A DNA stretch of 64,000 bases from the human T2T-CHM13v2.0 reference genome, Homo sapiens: the NCBI RefSeq assembly GCF_009914755.1, contig NC_060926.1, one strand, 5' to 3'. A program made the position numbers and the translations under genes. This document shows positions 50,882 to 64,000 of this stretch, piece after piece. A model generated the notes under the pieces. That model saw nothing but the letters and a program-made list of their open reading frames with translations. It was not told the DNA's origin and ran no database searches. How positions within the stretch are numbered: position 1 is the stretch's first letter; each line of letters begins with the position of its first letter.

Positions 50882-51305
50882 TATGTCTTTATTAGCAGTG
50901 TGAGAACAAACTAACACAGGCAGTGAATGATTTTTAGGAGAACTGAGTGGACCCAAAGAGCAGAGAGTAGTTTGTAAATGATTCTCTTTGAAAACTGAAT
51001 GGGACCAGAGAACAGATAATGGCCGGGACAAAGTTTTTTGTGCTCTGTGAGAGGTGGCAACAAATTTTAGGAAGGCAAGAGGCAGAACTTCATTGTAAAC
51101 AAAGGTTGTCTTATTATGTGGATAAGGTCTCCCAGGTAACCTCTTCGAACTGCCCTCAGAAAAACAGATGAAAAGTCGGTCTGGGCTAGGTGACTTTTAA
51201 TCTCTTATGGTAGTTAATCTTCCCTGGTTATTGAATGAGATTTCCTAGGGAGGCGGTTTTAGGCCAACAGCATTTCTTTTGGAAGAAGTCTACTCAGTCA
51301 GATAA

Positions 51306-51647
<342 letters not shown>

Positions 51648-52163
51648 TGAGCCACCACGCCTGGCCGACTCCTTGGTTCTGAGGCAGCTTTGATGGCCTT
51701 TTAATTTCCTTTAGTTCAGTGTGCTCAGCATGCTGAAGCACCATCATTTGGACCATTGTTTTCTGCACCCTAATACTTTTAGTAGCCATTTCTGTGCTAC
51801 AAAAACACCTGAAATGGTGTTTCAGGTAAGCAGAAAAAAGCTCCTGGCCTCTAGCTTTCCTATTTCCAAAGCTCAGCTAGGGCTCTTTCTTGGGTTCTTT
51901 CTCTGAGCTCAGGCAGGGGATAGTTAAGCCTACAGTTCAGTTCTCTGAGATTCAGTCATAAGTCACTCTTGCTACAATCTTCTGTGATTTTGCATTTTTC
52001 TTTGGGTCACTGAAGCAGTATTTACCTAATGTGCCTGTGAACACTGTCCACTTTCCATAAGGTCACAGTGCTGCTGGCTTCTGCTGGTAGCCTTCCCTGC
52101 AGGTGACTGCTCCTGACTGAGCTTTAGGGGAATGACCAACTCTGGATTCCTCATCACCAGTGA

Positions 52164-52557
<394 letters not shown>

Positions 52558-52895
52558 GAATATGGTATTTGATTTGACATTTTATATTACAGATTAAGTC
52601 CTTAAGAAAGACAACACTCATCCCTGATGTACTGAAGATCTTTGTTTTGTCAGTCAGTGCTTTCTACTTTCATTCTACTTATCATTCAACTTTCTTAGGT
52701 TAACTATCTTCTAATGTAAAAAAAAATGCATTAATATATAAAAGTATAGGCTTCAAGTTTAGAAAGCCTGTCTCTTCGGAAAGTTACTGACCTCATAGCA
52801 AACTATGAATAAATTCCCCAAAGTAGGATGAACAGAGCAATTTATATCCATATATAAACATAATTATACTATACAGTTACATAACTAGAATAAAA

Positions 52896-52901
52896 TTTAA
52901 T
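52896..52901 (-). terminator. METTL8: candidate distal polyadenylation signal (ATTAAA) for METTL8
   Basis: TTTAAT on + strand; U/GU-rich sequence (TTATGTTTATATGG) further downstream on - strand. Confidence 0.45.
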
Positions 52902-53066
52902 GTAAATGTGCCAAAGAGGAGAAGAAATCACAGAAGATTTACAAAACTTACATGAAATAAGAAAATGTTCAACTATGTAATAACCAAAGCTTCCTTAACT
53001 TGGGAATCTTGGGAACCTAGAAAGTGAGGTAACCCAAGCCAAATTCCTCTGGTGTCACAGTTCCTC

Positions 53067-53218
53067 CTATACCAGGCCAGGCACTTGCCAATGACACTGG
53101 AGTAGGGGTAAGCCCTGGGTGTGTTGTGTAGTGTGTGACGTAGTAGGTGAAAAACAGCAAAGAGGTAATTCTTTATTCTCGAGAGCTTCCTCGTGCACAT
53201 GATCAGCTTTTGCACATG
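53067..53218 (-). CDS. METTL8: candidate alternative terminal coding exon of METTL8
   Basis: acceptor TGTTGTTTTTCCTCCAAG| at 53219; joined to the phase-1 donor at 62972 it reads ACAKADHVHEEALENKELPLCCFSPTTSHTTQHTQGLPLLQCHWQVPGLV*; prediction only. Confidence 0.4.
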
Positions 53219-54556
53219 CTTGGAGGAAAAACAACACTATTAAAATGTCTTTTTAAAAGTCAAAGCTAAATGAGTATGCAATAAAGCTTTGAGAAATGGA
53301 AAAGAAAATCTATGAGGAAAACGTCAGCTTGCTTATCCAGGGAATGAGCAGGACTTAATTCTCATGCCGGCATGGGGCTGCCGGGCACCCAGCTCCTTTC
53401 CTGTGGGTAGAAAACAAGTCCCCAAGTTGCTACTGAGCCAAACTGTAAAGGCCAGTCAGGAAATGAGCAGCAGTGCTGAATGGGAAAGCCTGGATCCATG
53501 GTTTTTTCCTAAAGTAAACAAAAGATCTGCAAAAGTATTTCCTTGCACTATTTGGCAAGAGAAAGAAGCACCTGGAGAGTGAGTTAGGGAGAGAAAGCAT
53601 GGAAGAAATGTGAGTAAAACAAGGAAGATTATAATGAAGCTTTGTCTCACTAATCTCCAGAGCCCAGGTGTTCTATTAAGAAACAAAGCTGCAAATGAAG
53701 AGACATCTCAGAGAGTGGTGGATTAAGAATATATTCATGGAAAGGATAGATCTTCCTTGCTTTTTGGGATCCTGAATTTCATCTTTCATTTGGATTAAAA
53801 AGAAACTTAAAAAATATCTTGTAGAAAGTCAAAGTAAAGATATAAATATTAAAATAAATGAGGGCTGCGAAAGAAAAAGTATGAGCAATGAGAAAAGCAA
53901 TTATCCTTGGAGGCAGAAATTTCTTTCTTGTTTCAATGCAGCATGTGATACTGGCAATTTCAGCCATTCTCTTTCAGGCAATTTTCAGTGCGAGTGCCAA
54001 ATGCTGCTTAGGGGGATATGTCTCTGCTCACCTGAGGGAGCAGGGCACAACTAAAGATGTAAGGAGAGCGATCGCATTCTTTACGCCAAGCATTCTGTTT
54101 AGCAGGACTGCCTCAGGAGGAACACAAGTTGCTCTCAGGAGGCAGAAGGTGAGAGAAATGAGGCAGCAATTACATAGTGTTGCTTGTGCTAAGTACAGAG
54201 CATTAAAAACAAAAAACAAAAAAGCCCCACTAATGCAGTGGACTCAGCAGCGGGCTCATTGCTAATTTTAGGAAGTCACACAGGTTTAGTGCTTGCTTCC
54301 AGCGGAAAAGCCTTAAAAGCCCAAAGGGTGACTGTCCTCCAGTGTTTTTTGAAACAACCAACACTTGATATATAAAGGTTAACTGAGGAAAAAATTAATT
54401 TCTGCGTTTTCTGCAATGAACTAGGAGCAATGGATTGAAAATATTTGGCCAAATAATTTTTATAAGCATAACAAAATTCCATTTTTCTGGACCAAACCTC
54501 ATCAGCCCAACTAGGAAAGACGATGCTGGAGCTTTAGGAGGCAATCAAAGGCTCAT

Positions 54557-54562
54557 TTTATT
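54557..54562 (-). terminator. METTL8: candidate polyadenylation signal (AATAAA) in METTL8 long 3' UTR
   Basis: TTTATT on + strand in unique sequence. Confidence 0.4.
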
Positions 54563-55979
54563 TGATAGGTAACATCTGATACAGAAGCATTTCCCGCCCT
54601 GGGCCCTGGATCTACTCAGTGCCTACCTGCTGGAGAAAATCAAAGATAAAGACCCAGATCACTGGGATGCCAAGGACACAGCTAGCTGGACACTATTTGA
54701 AGTCTATGTGCTCAAGTATTGCTTTTTTTCCCTCTTTATGTAACGTTAACGTGTATTTATTCATTCAGCTGCCTCTAGCTGTTCCTTACTTAAGGTTAAG
54801 TGGTTGTGAAACCACAGACACTGTAGAATCAGAAGCTGTTGTTTTAAACTCTTGGCCAAGTAGCAGTGCCTTGTAGCTTGCCTCTGCCGAGCTCCAGGGG
54901 CAGCTGAGGGTGGGCTGTCTGACCATCTGGAGATTTCAGTGTGCTCCATCCATCTCATGCCAACCTGACTTGCCAGAATTAGGGTCACTGTGCTCTGAGA
55001 CACTTTGAGATGATGCTCAAGGGAGCTGTGCTCTGCAGCCTCCTGGGTCCCTTCTGCAGGTGCACTTGCTTTTTCAATCTGATGCTATTTTTCTTACCCT
55101 CTGTAGGCACTCACACGCAGAACTATTATTACTTGCTTGTTACTGCATGTTGCTGATTCATACTCATAGGAAAAAGTAATTTTATCTTCAACACCTCTTC
55201 CTTGTCATTTAAGACATATGTTAATGAAAGACAGATTTTGGCATCCACTTTTCTCTGTAGCTTTGAGGCCACAATATAGATTCATTATAAATGAAGATGC
55301 AACTGTTATTTTACTTCTATTTATATTTATAACTACACCAAAGCCATCTTGCGGGTACCTTTGCGCCTCTCAAATCCCCAACCATATTCCAAGAAACCGT
55401 ATTCCAAGAAATGCTCAACATTTCATGCCTGAATTGGTATTAATGTGGCATTAATGTACATACAATGTTTTAAATAACGATGTTTTCACTCATATTTTAT
55501 TATGGACACCTCCTGATTTCACATATTTTACATTACCCTAGAGCTGAATCCTTTTGAAGACATTTTAAGGGTTTTTTTTCCCCACTGCAGTACAGAATGC
55601 TTTTTTTCTTTAAGCGAGGAGTATGCAAGTGAGAGTGCTCTGCGAGGAGGGATGCCAAGTGGAAGGCTGAAGCCTGAGGGGGTGGGGCAAGTGCAGAACT
55701 AGGCAGAAGCAGAATGCTGAAAAGAACTGATTGAAAGCTTTTTGCTTTGTCATTCCTCTCAGTTCCTTTCCTTCTCTTCTTTTCCAATTTGTAATTGTGG
55801 ACAAGTGTAACCTACTTATTTGCTAGAATGATTGGATCTAGAATGAGCCATAACCTTGAAGGTCGTCTGAAACAAACTCCTCTCCACTGCTATCGTTTTC
55901 TGCTTGACTCAGAAAGCTCTTTCTTCCCTGGTGCCTTTCCCAGCAGCATTTGGGCCCATCCATTACAAGAGCAGCAAGT

Positions 55980-56150
55980 AGAGGTTTTGGAATCAGAGAG
56001 TTCTGGGTCCGAGTTGTGACTCTGCTACTTACTAGATGTGGTATCCTGAGCAAGTTACCCAACATCTCTTCTGTAAATGGTTATCATCAAAATGAATTCC
56101 TAGGAGTTTGAGGATTAAATAATGTGTATAGTATACACAAAATCTAGCAT
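55980..56150 (+). mobile_element. MIR
   Basis: TTTGGAATCAGAGAGTTCTGGGT...CTCTGCTACTTACTAGATGTGGTATCCTGAGCAAGTTAC. Confidence 0.7.
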
Positions 56151-58371
56151 TCAGAGCTAAATTAAGAGTAGCTAAGCAGTTCAATAGGAACTAGGACCCA
56201 TGCTTCCTGTTTGACTCTGAGGCAACACTTTTTTCCATGGAAAGATACTGTCTTTCTTACAATGTCTCATAAAACCTTTGAAAAAGTCACTGTTGCTGGA
56301 ATACTGTGTGTACTGCCTTGTAGATTAATAACAATACCTCACATATATTTAATGCTCTAGAATTGACAATGCACTTTCACAAGCGGGGAAAATACCCACG
56401 CCAACACTAAGTCTCCTGATGACTAACAGAGGCAGGAAGCAGGAGGAGCAGAGGCTTTGAAAGAGGTCGATTAGTGATGCAAATGTGAAGTTATCTGCAC
56501 TTGTGAGGAGCATAACAAACATCAAAACCAATTAGAAGTAACAATGTGTGATCTATTCAGGCTTCAGGACTTTGATGAGTTGGAAGTTTTGGGGTTTAAC
56601 AATCCAGATGGTTCTGATAGCTTTAAGTTTTGCCTCCAAGAGGGCAGCTATCTGCATATGGGTGAATTTTCACGTACAAGCTAGAGTACAGCAACGACTT
56701 AGAATCACACACGGGTAGAAACCGGGACGTGTTCACAATTTGTAGACAAAGCATATGGAATCGAGAGAGGCAAAGCAAATAAGTTCTCAGAAGTCAATGT
56801 TAAATGGGTGTTTCAATACAGGCAAATGTGTCATACCGAATGCAAAACTTTTAATAATAGAAACTGTTATCTTGACTTTCTCACAACCTTCGGAAACAGT
56901 TCCTCATGTGTGAGAATTTTTACATTTGGACGATGCTCAAAAGTGAATTTTTAGAAATGGAGAAAAAAATGAAGGGTGCATTTAAACAATATATTCCATT
57001 GTTTCTGTACTGTAAGAAGATGAAAGAATATACCTTTTACTCCTGGAAAGAAAATGGTCCTTTTGAAATTCAGCTCTCTCAGAAGATGAATTTTTAAATA
57101 TCAAACTCTGCCTAACCAACTGGTCCTAGCTTTATGGATGTGAGGGGTAAATTAGAATTTCATGCAGTTATCAAATATTTTAAACTAATACCCAAGCAGT
57201 TACATTTGCAACGCTTCATGATTTCTTAACATCTATAGACAAAATTCCAAATAGGTCTTTCCCTTTTCTTTCTGTGCCAAAATCTACATTTCTATCTAGC
57301 AGCAAACCCCGAGAAGGAAGTTGTTGTAGGTAGGTTAAGAGACAGAAAGACTGACCAGGCAAGCAGAAGACACTGGTGGAAATGGCCCTGCTGCGCAGCC
57401 ATGTGGAATAGGAAGGCTATGCTGGACAGAGCCCAAAAGAGACCAGTTTGTGTCTCACAGTCCAAATTTGGTTGATGTATTTTTGAAGCTTCTAAAGGTT
57501 AACTCACATGCTGTAATACATTATAGAAAGACACGAAGCCGAATTTTACTGTGCCAGTCAAGAGGCTGGCTTGAATCCGCTATTTAGAACTGAGAGAGAC
57601 AGTACAATTTACATGTGTGAGAATGTGAGAATAATTTTACCTTCTGTTGTTTTTGAAACCACCTTGGGCCATGATTTTTAAACGGAGACACAAGGAGATC
57701 TGCTGGGGTTCCCATAGCAACATTAACTTATCTAAACTGCCCTTGCTGTATGTAATACTTTCATGACTAGTTTGGCTTTTTAATGTACACTTTAATTATG
57801 AAATACAACTGAGTTAAGAGTCTTGGGCAAATTTTAATGTTTATATTTACTGACTTATGCATGTTTAAACAGAAAGCTTGATAATTGTACTTTTGAGGAC
57901 TTGCCATCAAGGCAAGTTTGTGCAAAAACCTTTATGTGGTCTTCCTTGCCACTGATCTCTGACCTCACTCCATTCCATTCTATAGACAACTCCTCAACCT
58001 CTCTCAATACATTTATAAGACACCATATCTCAAACTGATCTCAGATGGCTCCAGTTCAGAGACTAGAAGTCATACACCTGCTAGTCTAGGTTATCTACAA
58101 GCTGACCCCCTTCCCATCTTTTCTACCTATCCCTCATCATTAATGTCCCACACCACACTTGTCTTCTCACCATCTGCTGAGAATGTACATTCAAGAACTA
58201 GCCTGAGACCTACCTCCCCCAAGAAACCTGATTCTTCTCCATTCTTTTTCAGAGCTAATCTCTCTCTCTCTCTCTGGAAATACTATTACTACTGCTACCA
58301 CTGCTATATGATGTGTTGGCTGTGACTGGACAGCATCCCTCCCCTGGTGTTTTTTGACAGCAGTGTCTTGA

Positions 58372-58679
<308 letters not shown>

Positions 58680-59092
58680 TAGAAATTGGATTTTAAGTGA
58701 ATTCAGAAAGAAAAAACAGTTGGAACTTAATTATTCCAATGATGGTTCTTTCAAGAGAGTATTTATTTATTCTAGGTTCTGTGGTTCATAATCAAAGTCT
58801 GCTAGCTGGTAAGTTCCCTATTTGAGTGTTTGTATATTGTCTTAGATCATGATTTACAGGTTTGGGATATGCACATTTTGTTTTGCCAGCTGTACTCTAT
58901 TTATGCTCCCTGAAGAGCATAAACAAGGCTGGGTCTTTATTGTTCATATTATTCCACTGAATTTAGCACTCAATATGTAAGTAGTCAATAAATATTATGT
59001 AATGAGTATGAGACTAATCTTAAAAACTTCATTTCTACAAAATGTGATTTGCAAGCCAACTTATGTCCTTTTTGAAGCAAGGGAGTAAATAA

Positions 59093-59393
<301 letters not shown>

Positions 59394-59476
59394 CTCGAGG
59401 GGATAAATACATTTTTAACTGCCACAATTTAAGAATTCTCTTGGGTATGACAGTTGTCTTAAACAGAGCTTACCAC

Positions 59477-60663
<1,187 letters not shown>

Positions 60664-61301
60664 TAACAACTTGTATATCTAAGAATAGCCTGAAAATAAT
60701 GTCAGCATGGGCTGTACTTCCCCAATTTTAGGAAAGGAAAGAGGAACTAAAATTCTATTTCAGATATGAGCCTCTGAATTTCAAAAAAAAATTGGGAGAA
60801 AATAGACAACAACAAGACAAAAAATAATACACTTTGACCTTGGGCTTGTTGTAGCTTTCCCTGGAAATAAGGTGTGCTTTCTCTCTGCAATCAGATGACA
60901 ATGGGAAGAGTCTGACTGTGTTTGGGAACTGGTTTACTAAGCCTAAACAAATAAACAATTTTTTTTACTTGCAAAAAATGTCAAGTTACATTTTCTCAAA
61001 ATTACTTGACATAATACTAACTTAATTGAATGCTTATAAAAATCAAGGAACAAGCAAAATGGTTAGATGTAATAAATTCAAACAAGCTTGAGCATATCAA
61101 GTTTTCAAAGCACAGAAAAAGGCATACTGTGCTGAACCACTTACATGTGCTTAAAATGCACAAAGGAGCTCACCTATGACAAAACGGCAGGAAATACAAA
61201 TTCTCTTCTTTTTTTCTCATTGTCTTTTGAGAAACAATAGACTTACAGTAGTCCTTGAATAGCACAGTCCTCTGGCTTTGTACCTTAACATGTTACAAAG
61301 T

Positions 61302-61492
61302 TCAGTCTTGTGAAAGGAGTGTAGATACCATATTGGAGCTATTCTGAGTCTGGTGCAATGGTTTCTGGAATTTGCCTTGAATCCACACTCGGTGCATTTT
61401 CACTTGTTTTTTCCTATTAACTTGTAAGCGGCGATCAACCAGATTTTGCTTTTCATCTAAACTGGCTTTGCAGAACATACTGTGGACTTCCC
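61302..61492 (-). CDS. METTL8: METTL8 (tRNA m3C methyltransferase) last coding exon
   Basis: acceptor TTTTTGTCTCACAG|; reads (G)[65 protein letters not shown], the METTL2/6/8-family C-terminal DRRLQVNR...M.RVWIQ.K motif. Confidence 0.95.
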
Positions 61493-61909
61493 CTGTGAGA
61501 CAAAAATGGCAATAAAAGATATGACATGTGACTAGAGATGGGGGAGGTCAGGAGTAGAACACTGATGGAATAACTGACCATCTAAATTTCATTTATACAA
61601 GAAACACTCTCTAGAACAATTTGGTGAAGGAAACCTGTGAAACCAAGCGAGTTTCTTCTATTTCACAAAAATACACCATGCATATAAAAATACACCTGTT
61701 TACAGACTAACACGGCAGACATCAACAGATATATAAAACTATTGGTTGCAGCTTTCAATATTTTGAAAGGTGCTCCCTTTCTGAGTTTTTGTTGGTTTAC
61801 AGAAACCCAAAACGGCAGATTATAAAAGTACTCACATAAATTTGGGGAAATCCTTGAATGCAGCATTCACTTGGTACTGTTAGAAATGCATTTTTAAAAA
61901 TGTGAAATT

Positions 61910-62277
<368 letters not shown>

Positions 62278-62324
62278 TCAGCTAGAGATAAGTAATTTTC
62301 CTTCTTTCTATTTTGAAAATGTAT

Positions 62325-62618
62325 TGTTTTTTTAGACATAAGATTCACTCTGCTGCCCAGGCTGGAGCACAGTGGTCCAATCATAGCTCACTGTAGCCTC
62401 ATCTGCCCCAGCTCAAGTGATCCTTCCACCTTAGCCTCCCAAGTAGCTAGGACTACAGGTATGCACCACCAGACCAGCTAATTAAAAAAAAATTGTTTTG
62501 TAGAGACAGAGTCTCATTTTGTTTTCTAGGCTGGTCTCAAATTCCTGGCTTCAAGCAATCTTCTCACCTTCATCTCCCAAAGTGATGGGATTACAGGTGA
62601 GCACCCCTGTGACAGGCC
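62325..62618 (-). mobile_element. AluJ-type element (METTL8 last intron)
   Basis: diverged antisense dimer; TSD-like AGATAAGTAATTTTC on both sides. Confidence 0.85.
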
Positions 62619-62971
62619 AAGATAAGTAATTTTCTATAAACTTATCAAATGTCCTCCTTTGGCTGTGGCTATCATCAATTTTTTTCATATCTAGGCTAAC
62701 AATATCTCCAAAATGGAACAGCCTTCACCTTCATCTGGGTATGAGGGTAAAACAAGAGACTTTAAAGCAGTTTTAACTGGAAAAAGATTAAACAGTAAAC
62801 GGCCATTTTCAACCTTTTATGTAGACCAGTAATAAGCATCAAAGTATGAAGACATCTAATGCTTAATCAATGACTGAAGCCTCAGTTTCATAGCTTCTGA
62901 GCTATAATCAATGAGATAATAACTAACAAGAACGATTATGACCAATTATTTCCTTTTGTAGATTAGCATAC

Positions 62972-63037
62972 CTTTTGTAAAGAAATATGCTCTGGTACCA
63001 TCTCCTCGAACATAAAAATTTTCAGATAAACAATGTC
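62972..63037 (-). CDS. METTL8: METTL8 penultimate coding exon (66 bp)
   Basis: TTTTTTTCAG| ... |GTATGC; reads (G)[21 protein letters not shown], the family-conserved FYVRGDGT motif. Confidence 0.96.
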
Positions 63038-63172
63038 CTGAAAAAAATTGTGAAAAGAGAAACTCTTAAGGGTATTCCTTTAAAAAAAAACAACTAAATA
63101 CTTTGATGTGAAATATAAACAAGGCATTCTTTAGAACATTTAAAAATAACCTCAAACTGAATATACTATTAC

Positions 63173-63279
63173 CCTTTTTAAAACGAAGCTGAGTCTTATC
63201 ATATCTTCCATAGTCTCGAAATAACAGCATTCCCCCAGGTTTCAGTAACTTGGACAGTCGGTTTACAACACCTTGCATC
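63173..63279 (-). CDS. METTL8: METTL8 internal coding exon (107 bp)
   Basis: TTTGTTTCCAAAG| ... |GTAATA; reads [35 protein letters not shown], with the SAM-methyltransferase LKPGG motif; phases join with the next two exons. Confidence 0.96.
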
Positions 63280-63719
63280 CTTTGGAAACAAAGTATTAAA
63301 AAGATACCCAGTTTGTAGAAATCTTGTTTTATATGCTGGATTTAACTTTGTTGAAGACAAAATAAGAAAAGCTTGATAAGGCCAAAGAAATCTAAACCAT
63401 AAACATAAGGGTAACAAAAATAAAAATATTTTGTAAAGAAGAAAAAACCAAAACCAACTTGCTAAATGACTAGATTCAAAAGTCCTAGAGTATCAAGAAA
63501 TCACCCAAATGATCAGAGTGGTAACTTCACAGAGCTTGACGTATGATGTCAAAGCTAAACTTCAAAACCACAGATGTTTCCTGGTACTTACAGAAAATTA
63601 AGGTAGTTCTGAGATAGACAACAATGGAGTGTGCTTCATTTTCCTTGCAAGATAAAAAATATGCCAAAGCCATCCCAAGTTGTACATATCTAAAGAGGGA
63701 ATATCTTTCCTCCAAAACG

Positions 63720-64000
63720 AGCTCATTCTCCTTTTCTTTATTTAGTTCGGAGGTACCACCATTTACCTCATGAAAGAGAAATTATTTTTCTTCCACTGTC
63801 CTCTCCATGTGGCCATAAAATTCTATGTCCTCTTTAATTTTTATTTTTAATGACATCTTTGATATTTCCTGTCTTTTTTGTTTCCCATTTGTACTCCCTT
63901 AGTACCAACCCCTATCTCCTTAGGCCTGGAAACAAATCTGCTTCCTAACACGCTGTATTATTCTCCCTGTCAATCCTTCCTGCATGTTATCGATGAATAA
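63720..64000 (+). mobile_element. L2 fragment
   Basis: GGTACCACCATTTACC...TCTCCTTAGGCCTGGA...CAATCCTTCCTGCA. Confidence 0.5.

Noticed and set aside
63066-63172. C-terminal half of the 63066-63278 ORF
   Set aside because: Read-through into intron beyond the GT donor at 63172; family similarity stops at RFKKG

Overview
Primate (almost certainly human) genomic DNA, densely filled with Alu, L1, L2, MIR, MaLR/ERV LTRs and DNA transposons. The only intact protein-coding gene is the 3' end of METTL8 on the minus strand: three coding exons at 63173-63279, 62972-63037 and 61302-61492 with canonical GT-AG junctions. These are followed by a probable long 3' UTR with several candidate polyA signals and a candidate alternative terminal exon near 53.1-53.2 kb. 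A processed pseudogene of the microprotein gene SMIM26 (14585-15124, polyA tail plus TSD) sits inside an old L1. Most listed ORFs are repeat-derived artefacts. I see no evidence of a new multi-gene system. The most interesting signals are the METTL8 3'-end architecture (alternative last exon, inverted Alus, a MER41 LTR that appears to lack its polyA signal), the SMIM26 retrocopy, and several rearrangement scars (template switch, inverted-Alu deletion, stacked insertions). Repeat subfamily names and gene identities come from recalled consensus or protein sequences, not from a search, and repeat boundaries are approximate.
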